NCBI GenBank assembly: GCA_963702005.1
Contig: OY969696.1
Coordinates: 3,488,001 to 3,552,000 of the forward strand
DNA: 64,000 nucleotides
Source: Candidatus Aminicenantes bacterium
Lineage (GTDB): Bacteria; Acidobacteriota; Aminicenantia; Aminicenantales; JAFGBC01
Direction of reading: 5' to 3'
Program-made: the position numbers and the translations under genes
In this document: positions 47,198-57,042 of the stretch, one piece after another
Position numbering within the stretch: position 1 is the stretch's first letter
How the letters are laid out: each line of letters opens with the position of its first letter
Notes under the pieces: model-generated
What the model was told of the DNA's origin: nothing
Database searches by the model: none
What the model saw: only the letters and a program-made list of their open reading frames with translations

Positions 47198-47273
47198 TCT
47201 CGGCCGACGCCGTGTCGGCTCTGGACTTTGGCATAGAAATGCAATAACCTGTGGAACTGAGGACTGACGCGTC

Positions 47274-48305
47274 ATGCCCGCCATCTTGACCCCTGTTCGG
47301 ACCAAGGAGGACATCCTCTTCGAGGACAGCCTCCGGCCCCGCAGCTTCGACGAGTTCGTCGGCCAGGACACGATCAAGGCCAACCTCAAGGTCTTCATCC
47401 AGGCCGCTCGCAAGCGCTCCGAGCACCTCGACCACGTCCTCCTTTACGGGCCGCCCGGCCTGGGCAAGACCAGCCTCGCCTACATCATCGCCAAGGAGCT
47501 GGGCGTCGGGATCAAGCCGACCGCCGGGCCGGTCATCGAGCGGACGGGCGACCTGTCGGCCATCCTCTCCAACCTCCAGGACAAGGAGGTCCTGTTCATC
47601 GACGAGATCCACCGCCTCCACCCCTCGGTCGAGGAGATCCTCTACTCGGCCATGGAGGACTACTGCCTGGACATCGTCATCGGCCAGGGGCCGAGCGCGC
47701 GTAGCCACAAGCTCCGGCTCAAGAAGTTCACCCTGATCGGGGCGACGACCCGCGCCGGCCGCATCACGGCCCCGCTCCGGGGCCGCTTCGGGATCATCCA
47801 CCGGCTCGACTACTACCGCGACGAGGACCTCAAGCAAGTCATCCGCCGCTCGGCCGAAATCCTCAAGATCAAAGTCGACGACGGAGGGGCCGCCGAGATC
47901 GCGCTCAGGTCGCGGGGGACGCCGCGCGTGGCCAACCGTTTGCTGCGGCGGGTCCGCGACTTCGCGGACGTCAAGGGCAAGGGTGCCATCGCGGCCAAGG
48001 ACGCCACCGAGGCCATGAATAAAATGGAAGTGGACTCGATCGGCCTCGACGACGTCGACCGCAAGATCCTGATCACGATCATCGAAAACTTCGGCGGCGG
48101 CCCGGTCGGGATCGCAACGATCGCCGCGGCCATCGACGAGGAGAAGGACACCATCGAATCCATCTACGAGCCCTTCCTGATGCGGATCGGGTACCTCGAC
48201 CGGAGCATCCGGGGACGGAAGGTCACGGACAAAGCCTACGGGCATCTCGGATACACCCTGCCGGGACGCGGCGTCTCTCCCCAGAAGAAACTGTTCAAGG
48301 ATTGA
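47274..48305 (+). CDS. ruvB: Holliday junction branch migration helicase
   Basis: [39 protein letters not shown]. Confidence 0.98.
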   Translation: MPAILTPVRTKEDILFEDSLRPRSFDEFVGQDTIKANLKVFIQAARKRSEHLDHVLLYGPPGLGKTSLAYIIAKELGVGIKPTAGPVIERTGDLSAILSNLQDKEVLFIDEIHRLHPSVEEILYSAMEDYCLDIVIGQGPSARSHKLRLKKFTLIGATTRAGRITAPLRGRFGIIHRLDYYRDEDLKQVIRRSAEILKIKVDDGGAAEIALRSRGTPRVANRLLRRVRDFADVKGKGAIAAKDATEAMNKMEVDSIGLDDVDRKILITIIENFGGGPVGIATIAAAIDEEKDTIESIYEPFLMRIGYLDRSIRGRKVTDKAYGHLGYTLPGRGVSPQKKLFKD

Positions 48306-49387
48306 TGCGGGTCTCGGATTTCGACTACGAGCTTCCGGCCGAGCTCATCGCCCAGCGGCCCCTCCCCCGCCGCGACGACTCGCGGATGATGGTCGTCGAC
48401 AGGAGGGCCGGTCGCATCGTCCACTCCGAGTTTAAACGCTTTCCCGAGCACCTGGCGGCGGGAGACCTCCTTGTCCTCAACGACACCAAGGTCATCCCGG
48501 CCAAGGCCTGGGGGACGGTCCGCGGGAATGACATCGAGTTCCTCTTTATCAAAGAGACGGCGCCGGCGAGTTGGGAGGTTCTCTGCAAACCGGCCAAACG
48601 GGTCGGAAGCGGCGACCGAGTCCGATTCGCGGACGGCTTCGAGGCCGAAGTCTCGGGACGAGGAGAATCGGGACGCCGGACGCTGCGCTTCTCGAGTCCG
48701 GGTGTTCTGTCCCGACTCAGGGAGATCGGATTCGCTCCGCTGCCGCCCTATATCAAGAGAAGGAAAAAGCGATTCGAGGAGCGTCCCGACGACCTCGAAC
48801 GCTACCAAACCGTGTTTGCGGCCAAGGAAGGGGCCATCGCGGCGCCCACGGCCGGACTCCATTTCACGCCCGAAGTCTTGGCCCGGATTGAAGACAGAGG
48901 TGTCGAGACCATCCGGATCACTCTCGAAGTCGGGCTGGCAACTTTCCAGCCCGTCCGGGTTGTTCGTGTCGAAGATCACAAGATGCTCGAGGAAGCCTAC
49001 GAAATCGAGGAGGCTGCGGCGGCCGCGATCAAATCGGCGAAGCGGGAGAAGCGGTCCGTCACGGCCGCGGGGACGACGGTCGTCCGCGCCCTGGAGAGCG
49101 CGGCTCTGGCCGCACGAAGCGAGGAAACCGCAGGCGGGCCGAACCCAGATCCCGGGGTTCGCCGCATCGTCCGTCCCGGACCCGCGACATCCTCCCTGTT
49201 CATAACCCCCGGCTTCGAATTCCGGATCGTCGACCGCCTCCTTACGAACTTCCATCTTCCCAAGTCCACGCTCCTCATGCTCGTCTCGGCCTTCGCCGGC
49301 CGCGAGCTTATACTGAAAGCTTATCGGGAAGCCGTCCGCGAGCGCTACCGCTTCTTCTCCTACGGCGACTGCATGCTGATCCGCTGA
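48305..49387 (+). CDS. queA: S-adenosylmethionine:tRNA ribosyltransferase-isomerase
   Basis: FDYELP.ELIAQ.P, PLPPYI, AAPTAGLHF, TNFHLPKST, YRFFSYGDCM. Confidence 0.97.
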   Translation: MRVSDFDYELPAELIAQRPLPRRDDSRMMVVDRRAGRIVHSEFKRFPEHLAAGDLLVLNDTKVIPAKAWGTVRGNDIEFLFIKETAPASWEVLCKPAKRVGSGDRVRFADGFEAEVSGRGESGRRTLRFSSPGVLSRLREIGFAPLPPYIKRRKKRFEERPDDLERYQTVFAAKEGAIAAPTAGLHFTPEVLARIEDRGVETIRITLEVGLATFQPVRVVRVEDHKMLEEAYEIEEAAAAAIKSAKREKRSVTAAGTTVVRALESAALAARSEETAGGPNPDPGVRRIVRPGPATSSLFITPGFEFRIVDRLLTNFHLPKSTLLMLVSAFAGRELILKAYREAVRERYRFFSYGDCMLIR

Positions 49388-49470
49388 ATCTTTTTTATTT
49401 ACAATAAGTTATAGCTAGTCAAAGGGCGGCCGGCGCTTCCCTAAAAGGCGCTCTTGGACAAAAATTTTTA

Positions 49471-49499
49471 TTGACCGGCCGAAAAACAGTGAGTAAAAT
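49471..49499 (+). promoter_or_regulatory. Putative sigma70 promoter
   Basis: TTGACC-N17-TAAAAT followed by an AGGAGG RBS. Confidence 0.65.
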
Positions 49500-49537
49500 A
49501 CAGACATAATAACTGCCAGTGGTCAGGAGGCAATACC

Positions 49538-49867
49538 ATGGCCAAACGCGCTGGTAAGGGGAAAACCAAGGCTAAACCCAAGGCCAAAACCCCGAAAAAA
49601 GCCCCAAAAATCAAGAAAAAAAAGGTCCCCAGGAAGGTCGTCAAGGCCAAAGCCAAGGCCAAACCCAAGCTGAAAGCCAAGACGAAGCACAGGAAGAAAG
49701 TCGCGATCGTCAAGCCGGCCCTTCCCGTTCCAATTCTTCCGCCGCCGACTCCTCCTCCGCCCACGCCTCCCGTGCCGACTCCCCCCCCGGCTCCGGCACC
49801 GGAGGTCAAGGTCGGCGAGCCCGTTCCCCCGATTCCCGCAGGAACTAAAGAACCCGAAAAGGCTTAG
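49538..49867 (+). CDS. Lys/Ala-rich basic protein with a Pro-rich tail (histone H1-like)
   Basis: KAK/PK repeats then PPPTP repeats; own promoter and RBS. Confidence 0.7.
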   Translation: MAKRAGKGKTKAKPKAKTPKKAPKIKKKKVPRKVVKAKAKAKPKLKAKTKHRKKVAIVKPALPVPILPPPTPPPPTPPVPTPPPAPAPEVKVGEPVPPIPAGTKEPEKA

Positions 49868-49972
49868 CGGAGAGGTCCGCCCACCCGCATCGGTGCGAGA
49901 GATTGTAGAAGCCTACGCCCTGGGCGGGGATCTCGGGATTGAAGCCGGATAATCCCTATTCGAGGAGGGCCG

Positions 49973-51508
49973 ATGAAAAGAGCGAATCCATTCTTATACA
50001 GGGTTCTTTCCGGAACCGTCGCGGCCTTTATCTTCCTCGGCGCGGCGGCAGGAGCAACGGCGTCCTTCGCGGACCAAGCCGTGCCGCAGCCCCAAGCCAT
50101 CAAGGTCGGCCTGTTCGGGATCGGCCTCGACACCTACTGGGGGCAGTTCGCGGGGCTCAAGGATAGGCTGGAGGGCTATCAGAGACTCATTCAAGATAAG
50201 CTCGCCGCGGCCGGTGCCGAAGTCGTCTCGGCCGGTTTGGTCGATTCCGTCGACAAGGCGCGGGAGGCCGCCGCCCTGTTCAAGACGCGCGGCGTCCGGA
50301 TCCTTTTCCTCTACGTCTCGACCTATGCCCTGTCCTCGACGGTCCTTCCCGTCGTCCAGGAGACGGGCCTTCCGGTCGTCGTCCTCAACCTCCAGCCCGC
50401 TAATGCCATCGACTACGCCCGGTTCAATGCCCTGGGAGACCGAGGGAAGATGACGGGCGAATGGCTGGCCTTCTGCCAGGCCTGCTCGATCCCGGAGATC
50501 GCCTGCGTCTTCAATCGGGCCGCCGTCCCCTTCCGGCAGGTCACCGGAACCTTAGACGATCCCCAAGCCTGGACCGAGATCCGCGACTGGGTCGAAGCCG
50601 CTGGCACGGCCGAAGTCCTGGCCGGATTGCGGCTCGGGATCCTCGGCCACTACTACAACGGGATGCTCGACGTCTATACCGACCCGACCCAGGTATCCGC
50701 CTCGTTCGGCGCGACGATCGAGCACCTGGAAATCGGCGACCTGAAGGTCCGACGCGACAAGGCGACCAAGGCCGAGGTCGAGGCGAAGATCGGCGAGATC
50801 CGGACCGCCTTCGACGTCCTTCCCGAATGCGCCCCGGCCGAAGTCGAGCGGGCGGCCCGGACGGCCTGCGCCCTGGATCGCCTGGTTGCCGATAAGCGCC
50901 TCGGCGCCCTGGCCTACTATTACGAGGGAACGCCCGGGAGCGAAGAAGAGGACCTCGTGACCTCGGTCATCGCCGGCAACTCGCTCTTGACCGCCCGCCA
51001 CGTCCCCGTCGCGGGCGAGTGCGAGGTCAAGAACGCCGTGGCCATGAAGATCATGGACACTTTTGGCGCGGGCGGCTCCTTCAGCGAATTCTACGCCATG
51101 GACTTCGACCAGGACGTCATCCTGATGGGCCACGACGGGCCCGGCCACATCGCCATCGCCCAGGGCAAGCCCCTCCTCAAGCCCCTGGGCGTCTTCCACG
51201 GGAAGCCCGGGAAAGGGCTGTCGGTCGAGATGAAGGTCAAGACCGGGCCGGTCACGCTCCTGGCCGTGGTTCCCACCCGGGACGGCCGGTTCAAGCTCTT
51301 GGCGGCCGAGGGAGAGTCCGTCCCCGGCCCCATCCTCGAGATCGGCAACACCAACAGCCGTTATAAGTTCCCGCTCGGCGTCAAGGGCTTCATCGAGGCC
51401 TGGAGCCGTCAGGGACCGGCCCACCACTGCGCGATCGGGATCGGGCACATCGCGGCGAAGCTCGAGAAGCTGGCCTCGCTTCTAGGGCTGGAGTTCAGCC
51501 GGGTTTGA
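49973..51508 (+). CDS. L-fucose/L-arabinose isomerase family protein with an N-terminal signal-like extension
   Basis: GLFGIGLDTYW, GHYYNGMLDVY, GECEVKN, GHDGPGH, FHGKPG, IGNTNSRY, GPAHHCA. Confidence 0.88.
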   Translation: MKRANPFLYRVLSGTVAAFIFLGAAAGATASFADQAVPQPQAIKVGLFGIGLDTYWGQFAGLKDRLEGYQRLIQDKLAAAGAEVVSAGLVDSVDKAREAAALFKTRGVRILFLYVSTYALSSTVLPVVQETGLPVVVLNLQPANAIDYARFNALGDRGKMTGEWLAFCQACSIPEIACVFNRAAVPFRQVTGTLDDPQAWTEIRDWVEAAGTAEVLAGLRLGILGHYYNGMLDVYTDPTQVSASFGATIEHLEIGDLKVRRDKATKAEVEAKIGEIRTAFDVLPECAPAEVERAARTACALDRLVADKRLGALAYYYEGTPGSEEEDLVTSVIAGNSLLTARHVPVAGECEVKNAVAMKIMDTFGAGGSFSEFYAMDFDQDVILMGHDGPGHIAIAQGKPLLKPLGVFHGKPGKGLSVEMKVKTGPVTLLAVVPTRDGRFKLLAAEGESVPGPILEIGNTNSRYKFPLGVKGFIEAWSRQGPAHHCAIGIGHIAAKLEKLASLLGLEFSRV

Positions 51509-51525
51509 GCGCCCGGCCGGGGCCG

Positions 51526-52122
51526 TCAAAGAAGCGCCAGGCCGAAGGGCATTGCGATCGCGAAGTCCGTCCTAGCCTTGAACTCCTCGATCCGCCGGAC
51601 GGATGTCTCACCCTGGACATGAACCCTGGCGTGGAGCTCATCGTAATCCCGGAATGCATGCAGGGCCGTGGCCGAGGCGAAGCGGCGCTGATGGAAGTGC
51701 TGGACGGCCTGCCAGGATGCGCGGACCTTGTCTTCCTCGGAGCAGAGGAAGCTCCAAAACGAGCTGGGCAGGTGGTCGATGACGACGACGTCCGGGGCCA
51801 GCGTCTTGGCCCGGGCCAGGGCGGCCGCGGGGTCCGTCATCTCGTGCAGCGCGAACCCGAAAAGGACGACGTCGCCCGTCCGCTCGAACCGCATGAAATC
51901 GCCCACGATCGTCTCGAACCTGTCCTCCAGCCCGAGAGCTTTAAGCCGCGCGGTCAAGGCGGAGATCGCCGCCGGATCGCTATCCACGGCCAGGACGCGT
52001 TCGGCCGCCCGTCCGTACTCGGCCATCTGGCCGCCTCCGGCGCCGACGTCGATGACGGTCTTTCCGGAGAAATCGTAGAACGTCAGCAGATTCCGGATGA
52101 TCAGGCCGAAGTCCGTGGCCAT
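51526..52122 (-). CDS. Class I SAM-dependent methyltransferase
   Basis: VIDVGAGGG, LAVD, GDF, LHEM. Confidence 0.85.
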   Translation of the reverse strand: MATDFGLIIRNLLTFYDFSGKTVIDVGAGGGQMAEYGRAAERVLAVDSDPAAISALTARLKALGLEDRFETIVGDFMRFERTGDVVLFGFALHEMTDPAAALARAKTLAPDVVVIDHLPSSFWSFLCSEEDKVRASWQAVQHFHQRRFASATALHAFRDYDELHARVHVQGETSVRRIEEFKARTDFAIAMPFGLALL

Positions 52123-52138
52123 GGGCTGGGGCCGTCCG

Positions 52139-53506
52139 TCAAGCTGGAGCGATGATGCCCAGGGGAGGGTTGATCTTCCACTTGCCCCGCGTGAAGTCGG
52201 GGAAGTCCTGCGGCTTGCCGCGGCCGGCGACCGAGCGGCAGCTCAGCCCGACGACGGCGCTCCATGCCGCCGCGTCATAGACATCGAGGTCGAGCGGCTC
52301 TCCCTTGCGCAGGCATTCGACGAGCCGGTAGTCCTCGATATAGTCCATGCCGCCGTGGCCGCGCCCCTCGCCCTTGGCGGCGATCGCCTTCCAGAGGGGA
52401 TGCTCCCAGTCGGCGGCGAATTTCTCGAAATCGTCCCATTCGTGGGGTTTGTCCGCCTTCCCCTCGATATAGATCCGGTCCGGCCATTTCATGGCGATCC
52501 CCTTCGTCCCCTGGACCAGGTTGATCCGCGTATAGGGCCTCGGCAGGTTCGTGTCGTGGATGAGGATGACTGTCTTCCCCAGCTTCGTTTTGATCAGGCT
52601 GGTGTTGACGTCGCCCAGGACGAAACGCTCCCGGGCCTGGGGGGAATCGGCCCCGAAGGTCGCGACCGCGTACTCGTGGAGGCCGCGCATCGGGCTGCTC
52701 AGGCTCGTCAGGATATCGAACTGGTCGCCCCGGTTGATGTTCAGGCATTGGGCGACCGGACCCAGCCCATGCGTCGGATAGAGGTTCCCGTTGAGCTTCA
52801 TCGACCAGGCCCGGCGCCAGAGCCCCTCCCCTTCCTGGGAGAATTTGACCCCGCGCAGGTCGTGAAGATACCCGGCCTCGGCGTGGAGGACCTCGCCCAG
52901 GGCTCCGTTCCGGACCAGGTTCAGGGTCATGAGCTCGATTCGGTCGTAGCAGCAGTTCTCCATCATGAGACAGTGCCGGCCCGTCCTCTCGGCCGTCTCG
53001 ACGAGCTCCCAACAGTCGTCGACGGACATCGCGGCCGGGACTTCGGTCGCGGCGTGCTTGCCGTTCCTCATGGCCGCAAGCAGAACCGGGACGTGCCATT
53101 CCCAGGGCGTCGCTGTGAAGACGAGGTCGATGTCCTCGGTCTCGCACATCCGCTTGAAGTCCCAGGGCCCACCGGAATAGCCGGCCGGCTTGGGCTGGCC
53201 CGCCTCCTCGACCCATTTTTGGGCGCGGGCGACCTTGGCCTCGACGATGTCGCAGATGGCCTTGACCCGGACGCCGTCGATCGTCAGGAAGTTCTGGACA
53301 TGGACCGAGCCCATCCCGCCGACGCCGACAAACCCGACTCGGACCGGGTCGACCGGCGGGACCTTGAACCGGCTTCGCGACTCGCCGCCGGCCGTCGGCC
53401 CGGCCGTCCCGGCGAGTTTCAGCCCGGCCAGGGCCGTTCCGATCCCGGCCGCCGTCCCGATCTTGAGGAATTCCCTCCGGCCCGGATTCTTGGGATCATC
53501 ACTCAT
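52139..53506 (-). CDS. GH109 (Gfo/Idh/MocA) alpha-N-acetylgalactosaminidase-like protein, Tat-exported
   Basis: GRREFLK Tat motif, TPWEWH, EVP, MMENCCY, LYPTHGLGP, GHGGMD, PDFTRG. Confidence 0.9.
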   Translation of the reverse strand: MSDDPKNPGRREFLKIGTAAGIGTALAGLKLAGTAGPTAGGESRSRFKVPPVDPVRVGFVGVGGMGSVHVQNFLTIDGVRVKAICDIVEAKVARAQKWVEEAGQPKPAGYSGGPWDFKRMCETEDIDLVFTATPWEWHVPVLLAAMRNGKHAATEVPAAMSVDDCWELVETAERTGRHCLMMENCCYDRIELMTLNLVRNGALGEVLHAEAGYLHDLRGVKFSQEGEGLWRRAWSMKLNGNLYPTHGLGPVAQCLNINRGDQFDILTSLSSPMRGLHEYAVATFGADSPQARERFVLGDVNTSLIKTKLGKTVILIHDTNLPRPYTRINLVQGTKGIAMKWPDRIYIEGKADKPHEWDDFEKFAADWEHPLWKAIAAKGEGRGHGGMDYIEDYRLVECLRKGEPLDLDVYDAAAWSAVVGLSCRSVAGRGKPQDFPDFTRGKWKINPPLGIIAPA

Positions 53507-54134
53507 GGCTCCTCCTTCTCGGCTCGCCGACTCTGACGGCGATAGCGGTCGCGAACGAATAGGACACTCCGATCTGCAGGCTCGTCCCGCCCAGGTTGAC
53601 GATCTTGCCCAGTGGGGACGTGGCGTTCGTCGACAGGGTCATGTAGCGGACCCGCGCCAGCGCCGCGAACCTCGATGAGAATGGGACCTCGACGGTCAAC
53701 AGGGCCAGGGTGCCGACGCGCCGGGATGAGGAGCTCAGGTTTTCCAGGCCCGCCGCCTCCCATGTCTCCCGGTAGGAATTAAGGCTAAAGCCGAGTCCGG
53801 CCGCATAACGTATCCAACCCCGGTCGTATCCATAGCTGATCGTGACCGGGACGGTCCACATCCGGAAGCGGAGGGGAAGCGTCTCATCTCCGCTGCCGAG
53901 GGTTCGGCCGCTTTTATCGATGTATTCGATCCCGAGGCTGAAACCCAGGCCGGATGTCTTCGTCCAGCTTACGGCGAAGGCCAGCGGTATCGGCGCCCCA
54001 TAGATATCCCTGAATTCCTTCATGCTGGGGAGGAAGAGCCCCGAGGCCAAGGATACGCCGACGCGGTCCGCCCGCGCCGGAAGAGCGGGGATCAGAAGCA
54101 GGGCGAGACCGAGGGCTAGAAATGGGCTTCTCAC
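53499..54134 (-). CDS. Outer membrane beta-barrel protein
   Basis: Signal peptide, amphipathic strands, NLGG..IGVSYSF. Confidence 0.7.
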   Translation of the reverse strand: MRSPFLALGLALLLIPALPARADRVGVSLASGLFLPSMKEFRDIYGAPIPLAFAVSWTKTSGLGFSLGIEYIDKSGRTLGSGDETLPLRFRMWTVPVTISYGYDRGWIRYAAGLGFSLNSYRETWEAAGLENLSSSSRRVGTLALLTVEVPFSSRFAALARVRYMTLSTNATSPLGKIVNLGGTSLQIGVSYSFATAIAVRVGEPRRRSHE

Positions 54135-55813
54135 GGCCGGCCTCCGTTGCGGATGAGTGCGAAGCGGGGGACGCCCGAACCGTTCCCGAGGCCGCTCTCG
54201 GGCTTGACCTCGAACTCGCGCGAAGGATTGCTCTCCCGTCCATCGGCCCCGACGGCCGTGACGACGTAGTAGTAATAGGCTTCCGTGCCCAGGTAGGCGT
54301 CCATATAGGTCGTGGCCGCGATCGGAGAGCCGGTGATCTTCACATAGTCCAGGTGAGAACGGCCGCTCCGATAGACGTTATAGCCCGCCGCGCCCGCCAC
54401 GGCGTTCCAGCTCAGGTTAACCTTCTTGGCCGCCTTGAACAGCGAATAGAAGACCACGGTCCGGCCGGCGAATCCGGCCGGCGTCGCCGGAACGCCGGCC
54501 CGGACCGGCTGGGCCAGCTCGGACAGGACCGCCAGAGCCGCCCGCGTCGTCTGGGTAAAGAAGTCGAAATCGAGCGTGTCAATCGTGTCCGTGACGCTGT
54601 GGTAGTAGGGATTGTCGCCGGCCTCGATCTCGAGGAGCGCCGGATAGCCCGCGTCCCAGAACGAGGCGTGATCCGAATAGACGAAGGAGGCGTTGACTGT
54701 CTTGCGCGGAACGAGAGTCGTGTAGGCCGACGTCGCCCGGACCGCTTTGTCGCCGAGCCAGGACGACGCCTCATTGACGATGATATCGACCAGCGTGTCG
54801 GGTTTCTTGACATAGGCGATCATGTCGAGGTTGACGACCCCGACGATCCGCTCGTTTCGGCCGCGGGCCCGGGCGGCGTAGGCTGCGCTTCCATAAAGGC
54901 CCCACTCCTCGGCCGAAAAGGCGATGAAGCGGACCGTGAAGTCCAGAGGGTGGCGGGCTAGAATGCGGGCGGCCTCGACGGCGGCGGCCGTGCCGCTGGC
55001 GTTGTCGTCGGCGCCGGGCGCCGAGGTCTCCGGCGAAGTCTGAGAGTAAGAGTCGTAGTGGCCGCCGATGATCAGGATATCGTCGGGGTAGCTGACGCCC
55101 CGGACCTCGGCTATGATGTTCCGGGACGAATAGCTGCTCTGGAAGTTGAAGGCTTGGTATTCCGTCGGAAGGCCGAAGCCGTGGAGCTTTCCATAAAGAT
55201 AGGTCCCGGCCGTTTCGCAGGCGGCCGTCGAGGCGTAGCGGGTCTTGAAATCCTGGAGGCTCTGAACCGCGGCCCGGAGGTTCTGGGGGGAGACCTCGTC
55301 AAGGATGCCCTCGATGACCGGATCCCGCTCGGCCGCCGGGACGAGTCCGGACGGGCCTACGGCAGGCGGCCTAAGATAGGGCAGGACGGACCAGCCCGGA
55401 AGCGATTTGCGGGAGAGTCCGCGGGGCAGGGCCGGGGCCGAAGGGCCCGTGACGGTCCAGAACAGGATGAGATCGCTTTCCAGGACGGCCACCCGCCCCC
55501 GCCGCTCGAGAAGGGCGCGCGCGGCCGGGCCGGGATCCCTGACGAGGAGATAGTCCTTATTCCCGATGTTCCAATCGAGGACGGCGAAGGAAATTCCCTG
55601 CCCGCGCAGGGCCCGGATTTCGTCCCCGGTCGCACGGGCCACGAAGCAGGTCCGGAGCTCCTGGGCGATGTCGAGCTGGAGACGTTCGATGAGCGCCCAA
55701 GCCGCCGGGCCGGTTTTGTCGATCTTGACCAGGTGCCGAGGCCGCGGGACCGAGACGAGAAGGATGACGGCGGACACCAGAAGCGCCGCCCCCCGGAACG
55801 TTGCGCTTTTCAT
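54131..55813 (-). CDS. M28 family metallopeptidase with a C-terminal Fn3-like domain
   Basis: GGHYDS, PGADDNASG, AEEWGLYGS, NLDMI, SDHASF, YHS..DT; LSW..GYNVYRS..YYYVVTAV. Confidence 0.9.
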   Translation of the reverse strand: MKSATFRGAALLVSAVILLVSVPRPRHLVKIDKTGPAAWALIERLQLDIAQELRTCFVARATGDEIRALRGQGISFAVLDWNIGNKDYLLVRDPGPAARALLERRGRVAVLESDLILFWTVTGPSAPALPRGLSRKSLPGWSVLPYLRPPAVGPSGLVPAAERDPVIEGILDEVSPQNLRAAVQSLQDFKTRYASTAACETAGTYLYGKLHGFGLPTEYQAFNFQSSYSSRNIIAEVRGVSYPDDILIIGGHYDSYSQTSPETSAPGADDNASGTAAAVEAARILARHPLDFTVRFIAFSAEEWGLYGSAAYAARARGRNERIVGVVNLDMIAYVKKPDTLVDIIVNEASSWLGDKAVRATSAYTTLVPRKTVNASFVYSDHASFWDAGYPALLEIEAGDNPYYHSVTDTIDTLDFDFFTQTTRAALAVLSELAQPVRAGVPATPAGFAGRTVVFYSLFKAAKKVNLSWNAVAGAAGYNVYRSGRSHLDYVKITGSPIAATTYMDAYLGTEAYYYYVVTAVGADGRESNPSREFEVKPESGLGNGSGVPRFALIRNGGRP

Positions 55814-55942
55814 ACCGGTTATTTAATCAGAACTCCCGGGACGATTCAAGCCGGAGTCCCGCGAAGAGGATTGACGGGCCTTCTTCTCGGACGTATGATT
55901 CCGGACGGAGCGGCTTCCTTAACAAACATGTCGGAATCCCCG

Positions 55943-56902
55943 ATGAGAAAAAGGCCGGCCGTCACCTTCCTTATGAGAAGGGCCGGACGGATTGTCTCCG
56001 GCATCCTCGTTGTCCTGTCGGCCGGGGTCGGATGGTGCGGACAGGCCGTGCGCCCCGTTCCCGATTTTTCCCATGTCTTCGTGATCGCCGCTGAAAACAA
56101 GGAATTCGAGGAGGTTATCGGGAATACGATCATGCCCAACTTCAACGGCTGGGCCAAACAGTACGCCCTGCTGACTCGCTACTTCGCCGTCACCCACCCC
56201 AGCCTGCCGAATTACCTCGCCCTGGTCAGCGGCGATTTCTTCGGCATCCAAAGCGATTGCACGGATTGTTATATCCAGGCCCAATGCCTTCCCGACCTGC
56301 TGGAGGCCGGCGGCCGTTCCTGGAAAACCTACCAGGAAGGGCTCCCCAAACCGGGCTTCACGGGACCGCGCTCGGGCCGGTATGCCCAAAAACACAATCC
56401 CTTCGTCTATTTCGACGCCGTCCGGCTCGATTCGGACCGTTGCCGGCGCAGTGTCGTGCCGCTGGACCGGCTGGCCGCCGACCTGGCTCAGGGCCGGCTT
56501 CCCGATTATTCTTTCATCATGCCCGACCTGTGCAACTCCGCCCACGACTGCGGGCTTGAGGTTACGGACGCCTGGCTGGGGCGCGTCGTGAATTCCATCC
56601 TAAATTCGCCGGGCTTTGACCGGACCAGTCTGATCGTGCTGACGTTCGACGAAGGGACGACCGACCGGAGCTGCTGCGGCTCCCCTCCCCTGGCTTCGGG
56701 CGGAAGGATCGCAACCGTCCTCATCTCGCCCCTAGTCAAACCGGGCTTCCAAGACGAGACGCCCTATTCGCACTATTCCCTCCTCAAGACGATCGCGGCG
56801 GCCTGGGGTCTGAAGGAATTAGGACATACGGCTGATCCCTCCGTCAACCTGATTTCGCTTCCTTTTCAAGCCCTCGCATCGAGCCCTCAGCGGGGAAAGT
56901 AG
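55943..56902 (+). CDS. Phosphoesterase family acid phosphatase (SapM-like)
   Basis: HVFVIAAEN, THPSLPNYLAL, WKTYQE, KHNPF, HDC, TFDE, YSHYSLLKTI; the true start lies well inside the 55058 ORF. Confidence 0.88.
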   Translation: MRKRPAVTFLMRRAGRIVSGILVVLSAGVGWCGQAVRPVPDFSHVFVIAAENKEFEEVIGNTIMPNFNGWAKQYALLTRYFAVTHPSLPNYLALVSGDFFGIQSDCTDCYIQAQCLPDLLEAGGRSWKTYQEGLPKPGFTGPRSGRYAQKHNPFVYFDAVRLDSDRCRRSVVPLDRLAADLAQGRLPDYSFIMPDLCNSAHDCGLEVTDAWLGRVVNSILNSPGFDRTSLIVLTFDEGTTDRSCCGSPPLASGGRIATVLISPLVKPGFQDETPYSHYSLLKTIAAAWGLKELGHTADPSVNLISLPFQALASSPQRGK

Positions 56903-56938
56903 ACAAACGTCCTCCTCTTTCCCGGAGGCGGGGGGAGA

Positions 56939-56973
56939 GGGGGGCGCCCCCGCTCATAGCGGGAGCGCCCCCC
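56939..56973. terminator. GC-rich hairpin between convergent genes
   Basis: GGGGGGCGCCCCCGCT-CAT-AGCGGGAGCGCCCCCC; no clear U tract. Confidence 0.4.
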
Positions 56974-57042
56974 AAGAGGCTCCGCACGAACCTGTCGTGC
57001 CACCCCGAGACGGCGCAGGCTCGGGCGGCCCGGGTTTGGGGA

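Noticed and set aside
55058-55942. N-terminal 295 aa of the 614-aa phosphoesterase ORF, suggesting a fusion
   Set aside because: It overlaps the M28 peptidase on the opposite strand; homology begins only after about 55943
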